The notes: generated from the letters alone by a model not told the origin. 64,000 nucleotides of DNA from Octopus sinensis (GCF_006345805.1 NC_043006.1:97526001-97590000), one strand, 5' to 3'. Positions 13,020-27,007 are shown, numbered from the stretch's first letter. Translations and numbers: made by a program.

Positions 13020-14330
13020 TTGCCACAACTTGGAATACAGCTTCCACAAAAGTTGGTAAAAGAAGTCGGTGAATTCTCACAACTTTTGAAAAAAAATCTG
13101 TTCCCTAAAAGTGAACAATTTTATGGAAACGCGATACGCCCCAACAATTCTCACAATTAAGTGAGTGAAAACTATTCACTCAACTGCAGGCAAACCAGAG
13201 TCCAGAATCCAGTTAGGACCTCTTGTTTGTAAAAAAGCAATTTGGCAAACAACAAACTCCCACTGGACCCAAAAATCAAAAGTCTTACCTTACAGTTGAG
13301 TTTATTTTTTAATCACTGTTTCACCAGCTTCAAACCCGCGTGGTGACTTCAATCTGTGATACGAACAACACTGACAACGAAACGCATGCGTAGTGCGAAT
13401 CAAGCTTGTTTATTTCATTATATTGGCCATAAAGGCCTTACATAGAGATAGGAAGCTGCGGGCTGGACAGAGACATAATGTTATATGAAATGAAAAATGA
13501 AAATGATGATTAATGGATAGGGGGGGGGGCGACACCCGCTGATTGTTCTTTCCCCGAGAATAATATCGCATGAATAATATCTCTGATATTATTCATGAGG
13601 CAACAAACATCTTACATTGTTCACAATTCAATAACAAAATGAGGCACTAAGCCTCTTACCTTTTTTTTCCAATCTAGGAACTTTCGATTACACTCAGGCT
13701 TTTCAACCTCTGATCCATATTCGGCCCCAACATCGCTTGTGACCCCATCCTCCGCCATCACCCACACCTCATTCAAGCACAAGGAAGAAAAAGAAAACAA
13801 TCCACGAAAAAAAATCAAAAAAGTTTAAAAGAAAGAAAGTATATAGTTCAAAAACACAGCAAAAAATCTTCCGGCCACTAGGTTCTCCCGGCCAAGGTCG
13901 AACCTGGAACGGCACAACTGGAACGCAACTTCCACAAAAATTGGTATACAAGTTGTTCAATCTTCGGAGGCGAGACACTCCCTCAAAACAGCAATTCTCA
14001 TAATTATTTTAAAAATTCACAAAAAGTGAACAAATTTTTAGGAGGCGCGATACGCCCCCAAGCAACAATTCTCACAATTAAGTGAGAAAAAAATATTCAC
14101 TTAACGTGAACCCTTTTTGCTCAACTGCAAGCATACCAGAGTTTAGAATCCAGTGAGGACTTCTTGCTTGTACAAAAATAATTACCGCAAACAACAAACC
14201 CCTGCTGGACCTCAAAAAGAAAAGTTGAGCTTCTTTTTTTACCAGCTGTATACAGCTTGGCTACTTCTTTCGGTGATACTCTCAACGCTGACAACAACTC
14301 ATGCGCACACTGACAACAACACATGCGCAG
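13020..14330. repeat. Two diverged direct repeats (~13020-13395 and ~13910-14330) flanking a ~500-bp core
   Basis: Shared blocks in both copies: cttccacaaaa.ttggta, gcgatacgcccc, caacaattctcacaattaagtgag, ctcaactgca, agaatccagt.aggac, aaacaacaaac, ctgacaac. Confidence 0.75.
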
Positions 14331-14585
14331 TAGGAAGTGGGCTTCTGGGAAGCAAGTTTTTTACCACACAGCCACGCCCGAACTTATCTGTAAATAAAAA
14401 AGCGAGAGAAGACAAAGAATATTTGAAATAAAATAAAAGAACAAATTCACTGAACTGATTTCAAATCATAATACAGATAGGGTGAAGTAAATATTTAAAA
14501 TAATTCTAATTGCACCACTTCAGTGTTTCAGTTCGAATCTTGTCAGCTATTATAATTGGTGTTTGGCTGGTTATGTGCTCATTTG

Positions 14586-14968
14586 TGGATGCGCAATGGC
14601 CCAGTGGTTAGGGCAGCGGACTCGCGGTCATAGGATCGCGGTTTCGATTCCCAGACCGGGCGTTGTGAGTGTTTATTGAGCGAAAACACCTAAAGCTCCA
14701 CGAAGCTCCGGCAAAGGATGGTGGTGATCCCTGCTGTACTCTTTCACCACAACTTTCTCTCACTCTTACTTCCTGTTTCTCTTGTACCTGTATTTCAAAG
14801 TGCCAGCCTTGTCACTCTCTGTGTCACGCTGAATATCCCCGAGAACTACGTTAAGGGTACACGTGTCTGTGGAGTGCTCAGCCACTTACACGTTAATTTC
14901 ACGAGCAGGCTGTTCCGTTGATTCGGATCAACTGGAACCCTCGTCGTCGTAACCGACGGAGTGCTTCC
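14586..14968 (+). mobile_element. SINE group A with a 13-bp target-site duplication
   Basis: TSD ATGTGCTCATTTG at 14573-14585 and 14969-14981. Intact A and B boxes. Distinct tail ending cgtaaccgacggagtgcttcc. Confidence 0.93.
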
Positions 14969-15267
14969 ATGTGCTCATTTGATTTCCTAAATAAAAATAT
15001 GGAGTCTCGAACGATGTGGGTGGTCAATTTAAATGGTCAGCCTTTCGCAAAGTCCATTCTGTCCCAATCATTCTTAATAAATCCATAGTCTAAGGACAAC
15101 TTCCTATTTTCTAGCCAGCAATGCCGTAAAACGCACAAAAGTACATGGAGTCTCACTTTTCCCATATGTATAAGCCTTTGGAAAATACATCCATTCTAAT
15201 TTTGAATTAAGAGCCCAGTATTGCAAATTACAAAATAATTATGAGGTATACTTGATAGATACGTAAA

Positions 15268-15770
<503 letters not shown>

Positions 15771-15779
15771 ATAGATAGC

Positions 15780-15990
15780 CATGTTGATTCGTTAGCTACT
15801 GCACGCATTTTTTTTTCTCTCGTTCTTTCTGTGTTTTTCTCTCTCTGTGTATCTTTCTGTTGAAGAGCGTAGGCTCGAAACGTTAAAGACTTGGTTTATT
15901 TATATTTCCTGAGCGCCATACTAATACAATTGTTCGTTTGTTTTCCACCTGCCTTCGCCTTTTGTTTATTTTCATAAAGCTTCCCGTTAT
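15780..15990 (+). mobile_element. Short Penelope-like pseudo-LTR fragment
   Basis: T-rich segment between microsatellites carrying a minimal hammerhead-like motif, followed by ttcctgagcg as in 52890-53110. Confidence 0.5.
15852..15889 (+). ncRNA. Minimal hammerhead-like motif (A6-to-U variant)
   Basis: UCUUU-CUGUUGA-A-GAG-CGUAGG-CUC-GAAAC-GU-U/AAAGA. Stem I is UCUUU/AAAGA. Confidence 0.5.
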
Positions 15991-17261
15991 ATATATATAT
16001 ATATGTGTGTGTGTGTGCGTGGGTGTGTGTGTGTATCTCTAAGCTATGTGCTACTCCCATGTTCTATTTTGAAGTATGACAGTTTTATCAGACAGGCCCG
16101 TACATTTGAAACCCGAACCATTAAGTACATGAGAAGAGACTGAAGCAGTGAAGGTGTCTGTTTAGTTACTTGCCCTGTGCTGAGATTCTCATAAATTCCT
16201 TATCCTTCATGCATATTCAAGTAAACATGCCCCTCCCGCCAGAAAAAAACCTCCCCACTGAAGCTACTCAGTTGGCTCTCACGTTTTGTCTATTTACTTC
16301 GTTTGTATCCTTCACTATAGGCCACAGGTGCAGAGAAGCGAATGGAGGAGTGTACCTATCTTAGATTGGCACACTACACATAATACGATTAAACAGAACA
16401 CATCGGAAAATTTGATGTTTTGATTCATGCATGCGGATGCTTGATCTACAAAAAAATATATACGATGTGAGTTGACTTAGGGGCAATATTAAAGGAACAA
16501 CAAACATTCCCGCTGTAAATAACATTGTGAAATTTGGCCTTGCCGTTGCAGTCAGTGAAGGATGCATGTTTTCCGAGCGATTCGTCGGCTTATGTTGTGC
16601 AGTTTAAAAATAATCTCAGTAAACAACACATGGGATGGACTATTGTTGTCCTTAATGAAAATAAACGTTTCTCTAAACGTTTAATACTATGATAACATGG
16701 CAGGTGAAATATTTGCCTTTATATTTTGTTTTCTACGCTTAGGTCATTACAGAAGCAGACAACACAGACAAGATTCTTTGGTGAAATTTACAATATATTC
16801 TATGGAGAAATTTATTACTTAAATTTTGTTCTATCAACCGTCTACATACTCTAGCTGTTTATCGATTGAATCGTAAGAAAGGAAGGAACAAATGACCAAA
16901 GATTTTATTCATAATCAAATTTGTTTATATGTTTTCTAGTTCAGCTATTGTGTTGGCAAACCATTGTAATAGCATTCCGTTTTTCTTAAAGATTTCGTTT
17001 TGTTTTGTTTTTACTGAGGATTTTGTTTCATATATTTTCTTCCACGTATTTTTTTCTTTTACTTTTAAAATCTCAAATTTACCTATAATTGATTTATCTC
17101 TGTTTTTGTGAAATAATTTTTTTTTCCTTTCCAATAGATTATTTATTCTTCCCTAGAATATACAATAATTACTCCTCGTGAGTTGGTAACTTTCCGAAAA
17201 TCATGTAACAGTAAATAGAAACTTATTTTATCATGTGCATTTCAAGTAATTTCATATGTTC

Positions 17262-17730
<469 letters not shown>

Positions 17731-18399
17731 CACGCACACATGTACGTGCATACATATTTCTCTTCAGAGCAAATGTGTATGTATGCACACATACACGCGT
17801 ACATACGCACACACACACGCACACGCACACACACACACGCCCACACACACGCACACATATATACACACACACTCAAATACTGGAGGGGGAACGAAATATC
17901 TATCACAGCGAATAAATAATAAAAATAACTCCAGAAAACATTGATAATACATGGAAGTGATGTATCGTTTTATTAAATCAAAAGATTGAGTTAAATGTTT
18001 ATATATTTCTAGGAAAATTGTAACTACGAAACAAACTGCAAGAAAAATGAAAGCAATGCAGAAGTAGTTATAGCCATAAAACATTTCTCACAATTTTTGT
18101 CCTCCCAGTTCTGTAATCTCGTTTGTTGATTGATAGCTTCAGCAGAGAGATGATGTTAGCCATCACAATAGATACAAGCTTTCTAATTAGATTTAAATTT
18201 CTGAAATATTATAACATCTAGTACATTGACGCCAGATCTATTACAGGCCTGTAATCATCATCATCATCGTCGACGTCGTCCTAGGAGTCATCGTTGTCGT
18301 TATCATCATCATCATCATCATCTTGCTTCGTATTTTTATAATCGGAATTGTTGCTACTGTTATCATTATTATCGTATTATATATTATTATTGTTATCAT

Positions 18400-19050
18400 T
18401 GTTTTCTTTATTCAGCTTCTAATGCTGGAGATGTATTACGGAGTCAGCCGTTCACTACCAGTGAACTAAACTAGCATTCCTGTTTCTTTTTTTCAAGCCC
18501 CCCTCCGGCGTATTCAAGCTGTTCCAATCAATGTTGTTTTCTGCAAGTGTTCCACCCTTATAGCAATCCCTATTTGCTAAATGTGATTCTCAAGATCTTT
18601 ACATACACTTCCTAAGGCTCCAACAATTATTAGCAATACTACCACCTTTTCAGCAACCACAACTGTCGTAGCTATCGACATTTTTTCGTCTTTATCGCAT
18701 ACCTTATGGTCAGATGGATATGCTACATCTATGATCCAGCATCTCTTTCTTTCTTTTTCAGTTGTCCCTATATCTGGTTTCCTATTCTCTATCTCATGGT
18801 CCCAAGGAATAATAAATCCTCACAAGATCTTTGCCTTATCATTTTCGATAATGCCTTTCGGTTTATATTCGTAACACTTTTCTGCTCTGTAAAGTCCATA
18901 CTTGTTGCAAAGTGCCCAAATGTACTATCCTTTCTATGTTGCCATGCTGCCTCTTGTATTCCTTCTGAGCTGGTGGTAATATGCCATACAGTTACCCTAT
19001 TCTCTCCACAAAAGTCTGCACCTCTCATTCATTTTCTACTGTGTGGTATA
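18400..19050 (-). mobile_element. R4/Dong-like RLE LINE, 3' fragment (zinc knuckle plus endonuclease), degenerate AAT tail
   Basis: Minus frames give CRL...YIWALCNKYGL...YKPKGIIENDKAKIL...DHEIENRKPDI...KRCWIIDVAYPSDHKVCDKE and IRVEHLQKTTLIGTA. Confidence 0.85.
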
Positions 19051-19434
19051 TTCTGTATTTGATGTAATTAGTTCTTAATGCATGCTCTTAAGCAGCACAG
19101 ATTAAGGGCACTATTTCCGTTTTAAATCAGTTTCTACTAAATCAATTATTCTTCTTCTATAACCTACCATCATAGATGCCTTCGACTATGTACTTACAAT
19201 TTTACAAAGTAACCTAGAAATACTAGGAAAGAGAAAAAGAAACTGACGCGGATTCTCCAAATCCAATCTATTGGCAGCATAGAGAAGATGGGGAAAACTT
19301 TCCAAAAATTCTTTAGATAAATAGACGCAAACAATTGGGCGCGTGCAGCTTTATCACATATTTACAAACAATGGGATAACTATTAAGAAGAATATAAATA
19401 AAACTCATAGAAAAACCATACAAACATACATATA

Positions 19435-20170
19435 TACATACATGATGGCCGTCCACTAGTGATCGAGGAAGACAATTGATGACCTTCAGGAACATTGTGC
19501 GCTCCAGGACTAACTTATATTTTGCATTTGCGGTTCCATTGGTGGCTAATGCGCCCTGCTCTTCACAAGCATACACGACTACAAACCTTGCAAACGAAGC
19601 TTTCCCCATTCCCGCACAGTAGTGGGCTTTCGAGCGGCACGCTTAAGTTCTTCATAACCTGCTTAAGTTCTCCATGACCTGCTTCCCCCATGACAGGCAT
19701 TGCTCTCCCAATCTGTCTCCTGCATATTACAGGCCTTTAATGAGGACATGACCTAGTCCTTAAATCACAGCCTTGGTTTCTGCCGGGGTCTTTTTCTATT
19801 CACAAGTTCCCCATATAGCATCTGCTAAGTGATCCTGCTATCCTTCATTCTAATAAGGTGTCCAGTCCAACGTAACCGGTGCTTGTGCACTATCGCCTCA
19901 ATTCTCAAGATATCAGGTGTCCTCAGAACTTGTGTGTCCGGAGTTTTTAAGGTCAAGCCAAAATTCGGAATGCGTCTGAGATATCTCTGATGAAAGCGTT
20001 CAGGTACCCTTACATGACGTTTGAAAAGGGTCCATGGTCTCACCTGAGTAAAGGAGCGATGTCAATACACATGCACGGTACACATCAAAAACAACAGCTC
20101 AACAGTTTCTTTCTAGATGCTGTTAGAGAAAAAAACCGTAGCTACAAGACACATTTTTCTGGGAGTTACG
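19435..20170 (-). mobile_element. RTE-clade LINE, 3' fragment with 3' UTR and TATG tail
   Basis: VYRACVLTSLLYSGET, ERFHQRYLRRI, HRLRWTGHLIRMKDSRI, QMLYGELV, FVCKVCSRVCL...ISHQ...KCKI*. UTR ends tcctcgatcactagtggacggccatcatgtatg. Confidence 0.9.
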
Positions 20171-22299
20171 CATTGAATACTGATTTATTGTTTCTGTTAT
20201 AAAGGAGCGAAAGAAAACCCCGCTGTTGGACATACATACATACATACATACATGCATACATACATGCATACATACATACATACATACATACATACATACA
20301 TACATACATACATACATACATACATACAAGCATACATGCGTACGTACATACATAGATACATAGATACATGCATACATACATAAATACATAATAGATACAT
20401 ACATACTGATGTAGATAGTGCTCGTATAAACGACGGAGACTCCTGAAGAGAACTGTTTCAGTGTTGGACAGTGTAATACGACATGAGATTAATGATCAAT
20501 TTGAAACGGTGAATAAAAAACAAACAAATAAAAATAAACAACAAACATAATCGCTTATGTATTGTTCTGAAGGTGCCATTACCATCAGATAAATCAACTC
20601 CAATAATTTAATGGTATTTGAATCAATTATGGACATATCAAATAAAATGCATTCGTCGAAATAATCTAATTTCATAACGTCGAGACACAGAAGCAAATAT
20701 TTCAAAAGTTACTAGTTGCACCACTTTAATATCTGGGTTCAAATTTTAGTTTAATATTATAATGTTTGGTTATCGGAGCGGAGAGACGATGTAGCAAACT
20801 TGTGGTGCAGAGCAGGAGGTTCAGTTGCTATATATTGTTTCTCTGAAAAGAAGGTTAAAAGGAGAGGTCAGCAAGGCAGTGACAATAACTGGTCACTGGA
20901 ATGAAGAGCAAGGACACTGCTGCTGCTTTTAATTGCTTTCGATGCTTTCTTGGCACTACCAGTTGCAACTGAGACTGTTAGAATCGCCCTTCGTCAACAC
21001 TGTAGGCAGCTGGGATACGGATAAAAGCTCTCCAACATATAGAGGGCCAGATAATTAAAGCAGCTATTTTACCCGGTCGACTTGCAAGGATAGAGAAGAG
21101 ATGGATCCTGGATAAAATGATGAAAAATGAAAAAAACACTGGGAATAGTAAAGAAATGAACCACAAAGAAATGAAGAAAGCCAAGCGAAAAAAGTAATTG
21201 ATAATAGTGAAAGTTCATCAAGCAGGTTCATCCAAAATGGTAAACGAGAACTAATGGAATTGATATGGAATGTAAAAGGCGAAACAATGCAATGTTACTC
21301 GAGGAGAAGAAAGGAGATGAGTATTTTCAAAATGATAAGATGGTTGTTGACAACCATACTGAGAGTCTGTTGTGATGGCTAATGTACGTGAGAAAATACT
21401 CGCGTGAAATTTTAAAGGAAGAGTTTCAGAAAGGAAAGATGATTAGAGAATATAGGTGAGGAAGGGTATTGAACCCTAGTAGTCAGGGATCTGTAGTGTT
21501 CCATGTTCGGCTATACGTATCTGTCCCGCATTAAAACGTCTCAGTTCAAGCCTTTTGTATACCTTTGTTTCTCACGCCTGTTGTTTCACATAACTGGGTT
21601 TGCGTGAACCCGCTGTCGTTTTTGTATTTGTTCTTGTCATGTGTTCATTGCTTGTCCTTCCGGCAAATAAATCGTTAATATTTCTTTTTATAGTGTCATA
21701 ATCGAGAAGATGCAGTATATTGTTTTGGTTTTCTTCTTTTATTAGTATTGAAATTACTTTAGGTTATAAATGTTAATATATGTGTGTAGTAAAGCAGTGA
21801 TCTGGCAGAATCGTTAGCTCACCGGGCAAAATCGTTTGTAGCATTTCATCTGTCTTTACGTCCTCAGTTCAAATTCCGCCGAGGCCGACTTTTCCTTTGC
21901 GACTTATAGTTTCTTTGTCACCTCTACACATTCCGAAGTTACTGTAGACCGCCTCATTGCATGCTTTTGGTTTCTAGTACGAAAGATTTAATCCTGTGTC
22001 ACAGTCAAGAACCTTTCAGTTTTATCTTTGGTTCCCGTGCCTCAGTCTGCGTTGGAAATTTTTCTCGTCTAATTCCACTCTGCTCAGATTTTTAGCCATT
22101 AACAACGTGAAGGCTGTTTACAAAAGCTTTATCATGACATTTAATAGTCACATTTTAATCTTAGATTGTAGCCGTTTCATAATTTCTGATGTAGTTTCTC
22201 CTTTCGCCTCACAGCTGTCATCGACTATTTTATATTTGCTTGTTTCCCTCAAGACAGAGGAATATTTGGCTTTGTTCACGTTTTGTAACTACATATAAT

Positions 22300-22712
22300 G
22301 GCGGCGAGCTGGCAGAAACGTTAGCACGCCGGGCGAAATGCTTAGCGGTATTTCGTCTGCGTTACGTTGTGACTTCAAATTCCGCCGAGGTCGACTTTGC
22401 CTTTCATCTTTTCGGGGTCGATAAATAAATGACCAGTTACGCACTGGGGTCGATGTAATCGACTTAATCCGTTTCTGTCCTTGTTTGTCCCCTCTGTGCT
22501 TAGCCCCTTGTGGGCAATAAAGAAATAGGTATTTCGTCTGCGTTACGTTGTGAGTTCAAATTCCGCCGAGGTCGACTTTGCCTTTCATCCTTTCGGGGTC
22601 GATAAATATAGTACCAGTTACACACTGGGGTCAATGTAATCGACTTAATACCTATGTCTGTCCTTGTTTGTCCCCTCTGTGTTTAGCCCCTTGGGGGTAA
22701 TAAAGAAATAGG
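22300..22712 (+). mobile_element. SINE group D, full copy followed by a tandem 5'-truncated copy
   Basis: Block tatttcgtctgcgttacgttgtga...aataaagaaatagg is repeated at 22348-22529 and 22530-22712. Confidence 0.9.
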
Positions 22713-23794
22713 TATTCCTTTATTTACTAGATATTTTTGCACGTCTTCATTTGATATTTCATAATAAATGTTTCTAGTTGGTACCTAGCTGTATTTATTG
22801 TAAATATAATTTTTCTGTGTCATATTTCGGCATGGTATATTTCAAACGCAGCCATTATTATACTTATTTTTCAGCATAGTCTTACTAATATATTTAACAT
22901 CCAGTTAAGACTATAACTATAACTTATTAATGGGACTGCGAGAATATTATTGATGTATATTATGTTACTTTTTCCATTTAACTTTGTTTTTCTTTCACAA
23001 TGAATCTAACGGTTATACCATAACATTGCTTTTCATTTGTTATGTGTTGTACTCTGTCTCGTCCATTAGTTTCTGTGTACTTGTAAGTCTGTGTTTGGCC
23101 TCTTCTCAAGTTTGTTTTGTTGCATATTACTGATGCGAAGCTCATATCTCATATAAATTTCTCTTGTGAATCTGCCTAATGTCTCTGACAGTGTTTCCAA
23201 TCGTTTTTCGTCTGCAATGTACATGTGGTGATCCATATACAAACGATGGTTGATTGTCCTCTCATAGTATTTGTATCAGTTCAGTTGGTAAGTGAGACAT
23301 AGATAAATAGATAGATAGGCATGGATAAATAGAGAGAAAGCGAGAGAGAGAAAGAGGGAGAGAGAGAGTTTGGAATATTTATCTGCTAATGGAGAAGACG
23401 TTAGTTTTTACAATTCCAGCTTTTATCTGTATCTGCACAAACTTTCGTTATTTGTTCATGATATATTTATAATATTTACTTATTACTGGTGCCAATTTCT
23501 CATAGCTGATATAACCAGGACCACGCACGGCGAACAATGCTAAGAGCGTTCTAGTAATCAGTTCAAACCATGTTCAGAGCCGTCTTTTTCCTTCTGTTGC
23601 TTTCAAATACTTTGTTGATTAGTAATTGATCCATGGAGTCATATGAACCCTTGTAACGACTTTGCTTTCATCCTTACGAGATCGATAACATAAGTATGAC
23701 TCAAGTATTGGTGTAGATGTAATCGACCTACCCCTCATTAAAAAAAAATAACTGCTGGTCCTGTGTCAAAATTTGAAACCATTATTATTACTAT

Positions 23795-24465
23795 TGAGTG
23801 AGAGAGCAGTACATTCCATCAAGTGACGCCGGGATACATATATATGAAACCCAATATATCCAGCATGACTAGCCAGCTGTTATAGGTATACTACGCTCAT
23901 ATCACACCTTGCCTTTCTCTCTCTAGTCCCCACTTTTCGAACAGCTTCAAATGGAACACTTTCACTACCTGGACGTATCACCATAACTTGTAGTGGTTTT
24001 GGGCAAGTCTAGAGCATTCGTTCGTGATATTGACCTTCCCAAGTTTCTTCCTCCAGTTCGTGGCAAAACTTGGTCTTGTGCTGCCAGTATAGTACTCTTA
24101 GACTCTTTTCTTAGGGGGTTCTTTTCATCAGCTAATCCTACAAATACTTTTCGAGGAACGTCTGTTGTGACTACATGGAACTGATTGTGTAGTCCCGTCT
24201 TGCGTAATTCTTCTTCATGTCCTTTTTATACTTCCTTTGTGCCCCCTTTTTTTTCTTCTCTCAATACTCCCTCGTTCCTGAATGTCACTAGTAAGGTTTC
24301 CTTACTTTGGAGTTAGGTATCTCATTAAGCTCTCGAGTTCGATACGCATGCAGACTCCTACACTTATCACAACCACATGTGTGCGACATGTGATCTCATA
24401 TCAAGATAAACAGGAAGAAATGGTTCAGTTAAGATTTCCTTCGGGTCGAGTAGCCTAACCCACTT
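23795..24465 (-). mobile_element. (AAT)n-anchored non-coding element interrupted by a LINE fragment
   Basis: 23795-23908 and 24361-24465 align collinearly with 12036-12278. Confidence 0.7.
23909..24345 (-). mobile_element. Internal fragment of an R4/Dong-like LINE (pre-zinc-knuckle region)
   Basis: Minus frames give GLHNQF...LRKESKSTILAAQDQVL, TNWRKK...ECSR and LAQNHYK...FHLKLFEKWGL. Confidence 0.75.
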
Positions 24466-25081
24466 TTTAATCAGAAATCACATTCTTTTCGTTGAAAAAA
24501 GCGAGAAGTTTTGGGTAACATCAATAAGAAAAAAAACTTATGCTTGATAAACTGTCTGAAGAAAAATAGAATGGGCAAATGATGGACTGGCTTTGATCAC
24601 AGACCTGCTTTCAGATAGTTAAAGTGAGATGAGATGGCTAAACAACAACAACAGAAACAACAACATCAACAACGGCAGCAAGATAAGTATCATAACTGAC
24701 CAAGTAAAAATATCTTGAAATTGAAATATGGGACCTCAAGACTAAAACAATTCATGTTGTTATAATTGCCTTCGGAAAGAGGCTGATTGCTACATATCCC
24801 AGATACCAGGAAATCCAAAAATGGAAGAAATTCAAAAAAAAATAATGCTCATGGGAACAAAGAAAAATATTGTTTATGGAATCCCCAAAACATTTTACTC
24901 TGTAAACAGTATGAAAGTACTTCTAAACGTAGTTAATAGCAAACCCATTTTACAGTCATCTTAACATCACATTATCGTCTTATAATCAATTTACTTTCAT
25001 AACAAACTTCTAATTTCCTTATGTCTTCACAGACATTCTCTAGAACAATACTTAGTGCGAAACCAAAAATAGTCATATACC

Positions 25082-25170
25082 AGCTTATCTTCTAACTTGT
25101 TGTCACTCGAGGTCTCTGGGTGAGAACTGGAGTTAACTTGTATTAATACAAAGAAAAAGACAAACATAAT
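25082..25170 (+). mobile_element. Short LINE-like 3' end with (AAT)n tail
   Basis: gaggtctctgggtgagaactggagttaacttgta...aaagacaaacataataat. Homologous to the minus copy at 25329-25425. Confidence 0.7.
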
Positions 25171-25328
25171 AATAATAATAATAATAATTATAATAATAAT
25201 AATAATAATAATAGAAAAATTTTCGGTGACTCACTTTTTTTTAAGAAAGTGCCACTGAAAATGAGAATGGCAAAATCCTGTGGGATGTTATGAAATAATA
25301 ATGGTAATAAATTATTATTATTATTATT

Positions 25329-25425
25329 ATTCTATGTTTGACTTTTGCTTTATATTTGTACAAGTTGGCTCCAAGTCTCACCCAGAGACCTCAAGAGACA
25401 ACAGGTTGGAAGTTCATGTTGTTGT
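25329..25425 (-). mobile_element. Short LINE-like 3' end with (AAT)n tail, facing the 25082 copy
   Basis: Minus strand: gaggtctctgggtgagacttggagccaacttgtacaaatataaagcaaaagtcaaacatagaataataa. Confidence 0.7.
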
Positions 25426-25450
25426 TATGCCGTTGTTGTTGTTCATGTTG

Positions 25451-25505
<55 letters not shown>

Positions 25506-25609
25506 CATTATTGTTGTTGTTGTTATTGTTGTTGTTGTCGTCGTTGTTGTTGTTGTTATTATTTATTATTATTATTATTATTATTATTTATTATTATTAT
25601 TATTATTAT

Positions 25610-25710
25610 TCAGTAGTTTTATTTTTATAGTGTACTTTCACTTCACTACCGAGCGCAGCTCTTTGTGCCTTGGGTATGTGCTGTGATTTGTTGTGATGCT
25701 CTGATGGTTA

Positions 25711-25712
<2 letters not shown>
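25610..25712 (-). mobile_element. Short unique insert within (ATT)n, putative LINE 3' end; second copy at 26320-26405
   Basis: gtgccttgggtatgtgctgtgatttgttgtgatgctctgatggttattg occurs twice, 710 bp apart, each preceded by cagtagttttatt. Confidence 0.55.
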
Positions 25713-25751
<39 letters not shown>

Positions 25752-25835
25752 GTTATTATTTATTATATTATTATTATTATTATTTTTATTATTATTATTA
25801 TTGTTATTATTATATTATTATTATTATTATTGTTA

Positions 25836-25890
<55 letters not shown>

Positions 25891-26403
25891 TTGTTGTTGT
25901 TGTTGTTGCCGTCGTTGTTGTTGTTGTTACTATTTATTATTATTATTTATTATTATTATTATTACTATTATTATTATTATTATTATTATATTATTATTAT
26001 TATTATTATTGTTGTTGTTGTTGTTTGTGTTGTTGTCGTCGTCGTTGTTGTTGTTGTTATTATTTATTATTATTATTATTATTTATTTATTATTATTATT
26101 TATTATTATTATTATTATTTATTCTTATTCTTCTTCTTCTTCTTATTATTATTTTTATTATTATTGTTGTTGTTGTTGTTGTCGTCGTCGTTTTTGTTGT
26201 TGTTGTTGTTATCATTTATTATTATTATTATTTATTATTATTATTATTATTATTACTGCTATTATTATTATTATTATTATTATTATCATTATTATTATTA
26301 TTAATATTATTATTATTATTCAGTAGTTTTATTATTAGTATTATTATTCAGATCTGTGTGCCTTGGGTATGTGCTGTGATTTGTTGTGATGCTCTGATGG
26401 TTA

Positions 26404-26459
<56 letters not shown>

Positions 26460-26479
26460 TTTTTTTTTTTTTTATTATT

Positions 26480-26784
26480 ATTATTTTGGTATGGCTCAGA
26501 TTCGGTCTTATTCCTGATAGGTATTATGTGGATAGTGGGTCACTACCTGTAACCTTAAGAATCCACAAGTTTTTGGTAGACTTTCAAGTACTTAGAATCC
26601 TACCGATAATCGTTGCTGTCCCTCAAAGACAAAATTTCTGTAGGAGCTCTTCCAGGTATTCTATTGCAAACTCCTTCAGCTATTTGCCTATGTCTTGGCT
26701 TACTGTTCCCAACGCACCAAATATTATAGGCATAAACTTAACTGTTTGCATGTTCCAAACTCTTCCTATTTGAAATTTTAATAT

Positions 26785-26786
<2 letters not shown>
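26480..26786 (-). mobile_element. R4/Dong-like RLE LINE, extreme 3' fragment with (AAT)n tail
   Basis: Minus strand reads RVWNMQTVKFMPIIFGALGTVSQDIGK*LKEFAIEYLEELLQKFCL*GTATIIGRILST*. Confidence 0.8.
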
Positions 26787-26844
<58 letters not shown>

Positions 26845-26927
26845 GTAATAATAATAACAGTAATAACAACAACAATAATAATAATAATAATATGTTTCTA
26901 ACAACAATAATAATGATGATGATGATG

Positions 26928-27007
<80 letters not shown>

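Noticed and set aside
14586-14660. tRNA-like heads at SINE starts (also 9210, 29573, 33221, 39625, 46402, 54610)
   Set aside because: A and B boxes are present but there is no complete cloverleaf or acceptor stem, and each continues into a SINE body.
16743-16780. 38-bp AG/GT-bounded micro-exon (VITEADNTDKIL)
   Set aside because: Too short to distinguish from chance and has no supporting neighbouring exon.
21493-21698. Possible solo LTR (TG...CA with AATAAA)
   Set aside because: No TSD or second copy found; the termini could be chance.
22950-23310. Possible RT fragment on minus (YELRIS-like)
   Set aside because: Similarity is too weak without a database search.
25300-26480. Unique islands between repeats, superficially like a CRISPR array
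   Set aside because: The repeats are variable-length trinucleotide tracts, the islands are repeated or LINE-like, and the context is eukaryotic with no cas genes.
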